From a virus (Duplodnaviria > Heunggongvirae > Uroviricota > Caudoviricetes), in IMG/VR virus record IMGVR_UViG_2823670853_000002: 64,000 nt of DNA; one strand, 5' to 3'. The position numbers and the translations under genes are program-made. A model generated the notes under the pieces. That model ran no database searches. It saw only the letters and a program-made list of their open reading frames with translations, and was not told where the DNA came from. This document shows positions 58,901 through 64,000 of the stretch, piece by piece; position 1 is the stretch's first letter; each line of letters starts with the position of its first letter.

Positions 58901-59382
58901 TTGATACACCTATGCCAGTTGAAGAGGCACGTCCGGTGGCCAACAACTCAAGTTACTTTGACCAGCTCGGCGCACAAATGGGGATTGATGGTCTGTATGA
59001 CAAACTCATTAATGCCCGGGGAATGCGCTCAAATAATTCTCCTCAACCAGCTTCCACGTCCCAGATGACGACTGTCGCCAACGATTTGCAGCAACCAACC
59101 GGTCGTATGCAGATAGACGGGCAGGTTATTAGTGACCTTGGCGGTTCCGGTGCCAAGCCGACAATGCAGTTGGCTGATAATACCGTTTCACTTGATGGTG
59201 AAACGAAGCGGCTGTTTGCGCAGATGACCTCATTGCTTGCCAGGATTGAAGAGCACACCAAAGACTCGGCGAAAGGCCAGGGAACTGTCGTAAAGGTCAG
59301 CACGCCTCAGCCGGGCGTTATGCGCACGGTACCACTGTCAATTGATGATCCGTTGATGAATGACTACGCGAGAGTTGATTGA
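55960..59382 (+). CDS. sit: Sit: tape-measure-like structural injection transglycosylase
   Basis: 1140 aa; Gly/Ala/Lys-rich and helical N-terminal two-thirds. SLT domain AIAATESGGNP...GALGMFQFT...AYNAG at about nt 58240-58520. Confidence 0.85.
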   Translation: MERKNANIDDVIRTVETASAKELEELAGIREAVEDLKGGRVATVDPVSRSVSALNRTIENSRPDFVAKAPSVDPIVDAMKRLNLGDVSRVVQEDVAQQEQRAKSTTPKGKKRRRKAIPEDVKAQRTEAAEHAREMFGQKGGAQKSQNQRDARGRFIGKSGSKAAAEDARAERAEKARRKEDDERLNAESGLLKKLSKVAEGIGNPSETRAVDALGYAVAGPLWAAGKELGGISKEVGGSLNGARKSIADVIRGNDDNSRRKGFFRRKSQNSADVVQVNTQKRTVQELQEQTSEIKEGNDKILSALDQIAKNTGKKKGGLLSKLFSLLGKGAGGVASLLMGRGMLKKAGALAFGALGAKKLVGMLRGGGKKTLAHEGGDLAARAAGKLGLKAVGKGALRAIPLVGTVAGGIYDAVTGWNDTEAQRRAFGLKSGQDPSFQQKAAYTLANVLDMGGLVSGISSAIGEVLKSLGFEDIGNMLQSFSTESIAQAIDSGITNLETYISNLGDTISTKFDDYTAKIGDAVSAWFSDTSNKLLEKLDAIKDFFTVDNLKQVFSDAIDSAIDFIKNPGKHIKEAAGNIWDGVKNLPGKALDAAFDAVKNTPAAMIVSKIPNPIGEANAKEITPELKAPVNSHQETSDSKTESDAKQSNIATRVINAALDTAKDSNKTVKQTANQIINANAVETGNSALQKIDKAIGQNSSSSSSLNTTGTRNDIQKAADTYNNGNLDVKVGSLGAEGKANLDKLAPYFAELENKYGLPEGTLYAIAATESGGNPNAKSTLTRSPNGKLSGGALGMFQFTSVAREETGLSREDSFNPEKSAEAAALLMSKYLKQANGDLNEAITAYNAGFGTINKWKKGTGDLSKENREYAIKVNTHRARYLGGEIYTPGAGAQGGAQYGVRGPLPDNAVIDQSTGLAFTPGDSPFEKGGLVDKIGNAVGVNDLVNKFMNGRGMRREVVQGTLEERARGRGTATAAGNVYVDTPMPVEEARPVANNSSYFDQLGAQMGIDGLYDKLINARGMRSNNSPQPASTSQMTTVANDLQQPTGRMQIDGQVISDLGGSGAKPTMQLADNTVSLDGETKRLFAQMTSLLARIEEHTKDSAKGQGTVVKVSTPQPGVMRTVPLSIDDPLMNDYARVD

Positions 59383-59738
59383 TGGCCAACAATAACGAAA
59401 TTGATCCTTTGCTGACGCTGGAGTTATCCGGCGTAAAAACGTATGAGTCCCAGGAGGAGGCCTGGGGCGCTCGTTTATATGAGTGGCTAAACACTTATCA
59501 GGGTGAGGTATACGGAGATCCGTCATGGGGCAATGTTTTACCGCAGTTTAAACACGAACCGACCAACTTGTCGCATGTTCAAATTGCGGTTGAGGCAATG
59601 CTGTTGCAAAAACTGACGGTAGATTTACCTGACATACCGATTTCTGGCTTGTCAGTAGCCGAGGGAGATGCTTTTGATAAGTTGAAAATATCCATTCGTA
59701 TCAGGGATATAACTATCACACAGGACGTGGTGCTATGA
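59379..59738 (+). CDS. pmgA: Baseplate wedge protein, gpW/gp25-like
   Basis: 119 aa; GEVYGDPSWGNVLPQFKHEP resembles the GPW/gp25 motif. Confidence 0.55.
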   Translation: MMANNNEIDPLLTLELSGVKTYESQEEAWGARLYEWLNTYQGEVYGDPSWGNVLPQFKHEPTNLSHVQIAVEAMLLQKLTVDLPDIPISGLSVAEGDAFDKLKISIRIRDITITQDVVL

Positions 59739-61168
59739 GTAAAACAACACCGACTAAAGACAGTATTCGTGCAGAGTTTGAAGAGCTTGTCGAGAAAGAT
59801 TCATTCTGGTCGAAGTTTGTCGGCTCTCAATTTGTCTCGATGCTGACATTGTTTATTACCCAGATTGTCTACAGGTGCTTTCAGTATGCCGATGCGGCAC
59901 TGGCTGAAGGCTTTATATCGACCGCGACGCGGCGTTCCTCTATCCTGGCAGCGGCAGAAACGAATAGTTACGTTGGTACCAAGCCAACACCGTCATCCGG
60001 GATGGTTGAGATCACAGCCACAAGTGAAGATGCTCCAGCGGTAATCCCCAAAAACACGCCTTTAATATCTGACGACCAGTACCCTTACATGACTATGGAT
60101 GTATGCAGGTTGGTTGACGGCACCGGTACGGTAGAAGTGGCACAGTTGGAAATCCAGGAGGTGACATATACCGTTACGGCAGCCAAAGAATTTCTGGAAG
60201 TCGTGTTATCAAAGGCTCTCACTGCTGTCTGCTATAAGCTGGAAGTATTCGTGACGACCGATGGTAAGACCACGCAGTGGTCTTCCAGCACAATGTTCCG
60301 GTTAGCTGGTAGTAAAAGCCAGGTCTACGTTGAGTTTTATAAACCATCCGAACAGTTGGGTGTTCGATTCGGCGATGGGCTAATTGGGCAAATACCGCCA
60401 GAAGGCTCGACAATTACGCTTAAGGTATGGTGCACCAACGGCGATATAACCCTGGTTGCTGGCCAAAACCTGACGCCTGTCGATTCTGCGGCTAATTTAG
60501 CTAATTTGATTTCAGTTAAGACAACGACACCTATAACCGCAGGTACCGATGCTGAAACAACGGAGATCACACGTAACCGTGCACAATATTACCTTGCCTA
60601 TGATGATCAGGTTGTATGGGGCGGGGACTATACGTATTTTCTGGTTCGTAACATCCCGGGGCTGTCCTGGGTAAAGGCATGGGGCGAAGGCCAGCAAGAG
60701 AAATTAGATGGTGCTTATAATGTTCAGAATATCAATAAGATATTTATTTCAGGATGGCATCCAAATAAAAGCCAGTCAGAGCTTGAAGAAATGATCCTGA
60801 CTGCCTTTAAGAAGGTACCGAATGAACTGAACAAGAAATTCTCTTATAAAGAGGTCAGAAAACTACCATTTAAGATAACCATCACCGGACGGATATCGGC
60901 AAGCCTGACCATTGAGAACGTGACCGATGAGCTGAAGTCGGCACTGGAAACAAAATTTGGGCGCGACTCAACTTTCTTTGATCCGAACCGCGTCGGAAAG
61001 TACATCCTGATTAAGAAAAAAGACGTTTGGGCGTTTATCGAAACGTTGGGCTATTTCCGCGACTTTTATCTGGAGTTTGTCGAGTGGAATGAGTCCAACG
61101 GCTTTTACGATTTCGTTTATCTGGATACAGGAAACTCCACCTTCAATATTTCGTATGAGGAGGAGTGA
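59735..61168 (+). CDS. bplA: Baseplate protein, gpJ/gp6-like
   Basis: 477 aa directly after the gp25-like gene (W-J-I order). Confidence 0.55.
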   Translation: MSKTTPTKDSIRAEFEELVEKDSFWSKFVGSQFVSMLTLFITQIVYRCFQYADAALAEGFISTATRRSSILAAAETNSYVGTKPTPSSGMVEITATSEDAPAVIPKNTPLISDDQYPYMTMDVCRLVDGTGTVEVAQLEIQEVTYTVTAAKEFLEVVLSKALTAVCYKLEVFVTTDGKTTQWSSSTMFRLAGSKSQVYVEFYKPSEQLGVRFGDGLIGQIPPEGSTITLKVWCTNGDITLVAGQNLTPVDSAANLANLISVKTTTPITAGTDAETTEITRNRAQYYLAYDDQVVWGGDYTYFLVRNIPGLSWVKAWGEGQQEKLDGAYNVQNINKIFISGWHPNKSQSELEEMILTAFKKVPNELNKKFSYKEVRKLPFKITITGRISASLTIENVTDELKSALETKFGRDSTFFDPNRVGKYILIKKKDVWAFIETLGYFRDFYLEFVEWNESNGFYDFVYLDTGNSTFNISYEEE

Positions 61169-62004
61169 TGCAACGTTCCTGGTTTAATAACCGGCTTACA
61201 TCAGCTAAGCAAAAGTCATTGCTCTATAAATCATTGGCTGATTTGGTTCAGTCAATGATGGACACCTTTGTTGACCCATGGTTGGAGCGAATTACCAACC
61301 GGAAGTCTATTTTCTCCATGAGCAAGGAGGATCTGGAGACCAGGACAAATGAACTTGGCCAGTTTTTTACTATCAGAACGTCGAATTCATCTTCCGTTCC
61401 GATGTTGTTACAACAGCGGTTTGATGAGATCCATTTTAAGGGTACTGAACGCCCTATAAACCAGACAATTTATCGCGAATTTAACGGTATATCGGTTTTA
61501 TGGGATCCCATATATGCTCCGGTGGACTTTGAACGTCATCCCTATGGCACGGTCCTGATTCCAGAAAGCACACTGGAAACCACCGGCGGCACATTCGGTG
61601 AGATGTTTCTGACTTCCAGAGGAATGATCAGTATTCCCATAAACGACCTGGCCCGGACAATGGGTATTACTGGAACGATAGATCAGTCCGCAATTACAGA
61701 AGAAATTCTCAGAAAGTTTAATCAGTTCGTAAAGCCTCTACTGCCACTGCATATAGTGTTTGATGGGCTTACGCTCTATTTGTCGGTTGTTGTAAATGAA
61801 CAGGCCGACATGATCACTTTGAATGAGATTTCTGATACCGAAAAAGCATTCTGCTGGTTTGAAACTTCGGATACAACTTCGCTTACTGAAGTTACGTCGA
61901 TTAACGCCCCGATCACTGCAACGCCGGGCGGCACTATTGTGAAAGCAACGCCTACGTTTGATCGCACCCGCGCAGATGATTTGCTGTTGGATAGCGATGC
62001 GTGA
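61165..62004 (+). CDS. 16: Baseplate/tail-fibre attachment protein (gene 16)
   Basis: 279-aa ORF completing the W-J-I-like trio; followed by hairpin CCCCGTCCGCAGGGCGGGG. Confidence 0.5.
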   Translation: MMQRSWFNNRLTSAKQKSLLYKSLADLVQSMMDTFVDPWLERITNRKSIFSMSKEDLETRTNELGQFFTIRTSNSSSVPMLLQQRFDEIHFKGTERPINQTIYREFNGISVLWDPIYAPVDFERHPYGTVLIPESTLETTGGTFGEMFLTSRGMISIPINDLARTMGITGTIDQSAITEEILRKFNQFVKPLLPLHIVFDGLTLYLSVVVNEQADMITLNEISDTEKAFCWFETSDTTSLTEVTSINAPITATPGGTIVKATPTFDRTRADDLLLDSDA

Positions 62005-62029
62005 CAATCACCCCGTCCGCAGGGCGGGG

Positions 62030-62052
62030 TGACAAGTTACTTATCTTACAAT
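62030..62052 (+). promoter_or_regulatory. Late promoter upstream of R-S tail fibre genes
   Basis: TGACAAGTTACTTATCTTACAAT fits the shared late motif. Confidence 0.5.
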
Positions 62053-62082
62053 GAGGCTTCACAACATTGATTAGGGAAAATC

Positions 62083-62517
62083 ATGTCTGACGTCTCAACA
62101 AACCTCTATAAGAGTCAGTTGTTGGACTATTACTATCAGCGGCGCGCTGAATCGTCCATTAACAAAGGCTCTCGATTTTTAATCAGCAAGGCCGTTTTCG
62201 GTACCAGTTCACTGGTTACTAAGAAAGGAGATGGCACTTATGAGATTGGAGAACTGCCAAAGGCTTTCGATCTGGCAGAACTGACCAGTCAATTTTGCAC
62301 CATCAACCTCGTTCCAACCTACTCAGGCGGGATAATTACTGTCCGAATGGACCTTGATCAAAGTCAGTTGCAGGAAGGGAAAAACTACCCATTCAACACT
62401 CTGGTTGTTCTGGATAACGAGAATAAGCCAATCGCCATTATTTGTGTCCAAGAAGACTCGCTGTATGTGGGCAAAACATATACCGCAGTTATGGCCATAA
62501 ACTCGACTACAGCATAA
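62083..62517 (+). CDS. R: Tail fibre-associated protein R
   Basis: 144-aa ORF immediately upstream of S. Confidence 0.6.
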   Translation: MSDVSTNLYKSQLLDYYYQRRAESSINKGSRFLISKAVFGTSSLVTKKGDGTYEIGELPKAFDLAELTSQFCTINLVPTYSGGIITVRMDLDQSQLQEGKNYPFNTLVVLDNENKPIAIICVQEDSLYVGKTYTAVMAINSTTA

Positions 62518-62528
62518 GGATATGCTTG

Positions 62529-64000
62529 ATGAATGACGTTACAGTTGTTACATCGGTTACTTACCCATCACCCGAGTCGTTGGCTCTGGTGGCTGATGTG
62601 CAATACCACGAACCATATCTGTCAGCCGCTCTAAACCGAAAATTCAGGGGAATTGTTGACCCAGGATTTTATGCTGGTTTCTTGCCTAAGCCTGGCGGTG
62701 GAATGAACCTGTTAATCACCTCAGTGGATGGAGATAAAACCGCTGGCGCGGCGTCAGTGGATATTGGTGAATTCTACCAGGTAACTATTCAGCATCGTAA
62801 GGATATCTCTCTTGCACTTAACGCAGGCAAGAAATATGCAATTGTGCTGAAGGGAAGATACCTTCTTGGAGAAGATACCTATCAGGTGAATACCGCGTCA
62901 CATATTCATGCAGCTGAATTTGTTGCCAGAACCTATACCGATTCATATCAGTTAGGTGATGGGGAACTGCTGGTTTGTACGGTGAATATCCCTGCTGGCG
63001 TATCTACCATTACTCAAGAGATGATTGATACATCCGAGCGTATCAACCGCACGATCGGCATTGATATTTCAGACTCTGTAACCAGTACCAGAAGTGATGT
63101 TGCTGCGAGTTCGCTGGCAGTTAAAAAAGCCTACGATCTGGCGAAAAGCAAGTATACGGCGCAGGATGCAAGCACAACGCAAAAGGGATTAGTTCAGCTC
63201 AGTAGTGCCACTAACAGTACGTCTGAAGTGCTGGCCGCCACACCGAAAGCTGTCAAGGCTGCATATGACCTGGCTAACGGGAAGTATACAGCCCAGGATG
63301 CAACCACGACACAAAAAGGGATAGTTCAGCTCAGTAGCGACACCAACAGCACTTCTGAAACATTAGCTGCAACTCCAAAAGCGGTTAAAGCTGCATACGA
63401 TCTAGCAGCCGGAAAGGCACCATCCAGTCATACACATCCCTGGAATCAGATCACTGGTGTGCCAACAGCTTCATTGACAGCGAAAGGCATCACTCAGCTC
63501 AGTAGTGCCACTAACAGTACGTCTGAAGTGCTGGCCGCCACACCGAAAGCTGTCAAGGCTGCATATGACCTGGCTAACGGGAAGTATACAGCCCAGGATG
63601 CAACCACGGCTCAAAAAGGGATAGTCCAACTCAGCAGTGCTACCAATAGCACGTCCGAAGTGCTGGCCGCCACACCGAAAGCTGTCAAGGCTGCATATGA
63701 TTTGGCTAATGGAAAGCAAGCGGCAGACGCTACGCTCACTGCTCTAGCGGCACTAGCTACAGCAGCAGATAAACTCCCTTATTTCACAGGTGTTGATCGT
63801 GCCGCGTTAACTGCATTGACAAGTGTTGGACGCGCCATTCTTGGTAAGACCAGTATTCAGAGCGTTCTTGATTACCTTGGTTTGGGAGAAGGCTCTGCAT
63901 TACCTGTTGGTGTCCCTGTTCCGTGGCCTTCCGCCACTCCGCCAACAGGCTGGCTGAAATGCAACGGTGCGGTTTTTTCTGCTGAAGAATACCCGGAACT
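62529..64000 (+). CDS. S: Tail fibre protein S, constant N-terminal part (runs off window end)
   Basis: Not in ORF track (no stop). ATG 62529 after AAGGA. MNDVTVVTSVTYPSPESLALVADVQYHEPYLSAALNRKF... then four TQKG(I/L)VQLSSxTNSTSExLAATPKAVKAAYDLA repeats. Confidence 0.85.
   Translation, partial: MNDVTVVTSVTYPSPESLALVADVQYHEPYLSAALNRKFRGIVDPGFYAGFLPKPGGGMNLLITSVDGDKTAGAASVDIGEFYQVTIQHRKDISLALNAGKKYAIVLKGRYLLGEDTYQVNTASHIHAAEFVARTYTDSYQLGDGELLVCTVNIPAGVSTITQEMIDTSERINRTIGIDISDSVTSTRSDVAASSLAVKKAYDLAKSKYTAQDASTTQKGLVQLSSATNSTSEVLAATPKAVKAAYDLANGKYTAQDATTTQKGIVQLSSDTNSTSETLAATPKAVKAAYDLAAGKAPSSHTHPWNQITGVPTASLTAKGITQLSSATNSTSEVLAATPKAVKAAYDLANGKYTAQDATTAQKGIVQLSSATNSTSEVLAATPKAVKAAYDLANGKQAADATLTALAALATAADKLPYFTGVDRAALTALTSVGRAILGKTSIQSVLDYLGLGEGSALPVGVPVPWPSATPPTGWLKCNGAVFSAEEYPE
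63194..63608 (+). repeat. Exact 115-bp direct repeat (63194-63308 and 63494-63608) within ~120-bp periodic coding repeats of S
   Basis: The two segments are identical base for base at a 300-bp offset; diverged copies lie at 63309-63420 and 63609-63720. Confidence 0.85.

Noticed and set aside
63471-63719. 82-aa minus-strand ORF with an internal repeat (SLDSFRCGGQHF twice).
   Set aside because: It is the antisense reading of the tail-fibre coding repeats, and its apparent repeat simply mirrors the S repeats.

Overview
The window is about 64 kb of a P1-family temperate phage-plasmid, inverted relative to the conventional P1 map. Gene names come from my recall of the P1 map plus motifs read directly in the translations. 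No searches were run.

Order along the window:
- pacB' (partial), pacA with its pac site, lpa, pdcB/pdcA, doc-phd, humD, then a LexA box and lxr, hot.
- A long minus-strand block of small early or accessory genes, including pap and ppp. It appears to be driven from promoters overlapping matches to the 17-bp C1 operator.
- A plus-strand baseplate/spike operon.
- A GT-B glycosyltransferase, ban, tRNA-Ile(CAU), tciCBA, an array of conserved long-stem hairpin modules, tRNA-Thr and tRNA-Asn.
- dmt (fused C5/N6 methyltransferase), hrdC, uhr.
- A PAAR operon interrupted or followed by an IS91-family element, then an overlapped spanin pair.
- oriR iterons, repA, incA-like iterons, a T5orf172/GIY-YIG-like cargo gene, parOP-parA-parB-parS.
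- Head gene 23, sheath gene 22 and three more late genes.
- A hok/mok/sok type I toxin-antitoxin that is absent from the ORF track.
- repL-kilA-ant-icd-c4 (immI), three exported proteins, then pmgC-tub-pmgB-sit-pmgA-bplA-16-R-S' (S runs off the window end).

Most worth a second look:
1. Five tRNA-linked long-stem RNA modules with compensatory arm changes and T-arm-like interiors (28995-30219).
2. A roughly 180-nt structured transcript between a bivalent C1 operator and a UUCG-tetraloop terminator, just upstream of the tRNAs (30399-30616).
3. The T5orf172-like gene wedged between incA and parOP (39312-40149).
4. A P1-type par locus joined to a non-P1-looking iteron/RepA set.
5. A PAAR gene far from the baseplate operon.

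Limits: element boundaries, RNA ends and many functional calls are inference.
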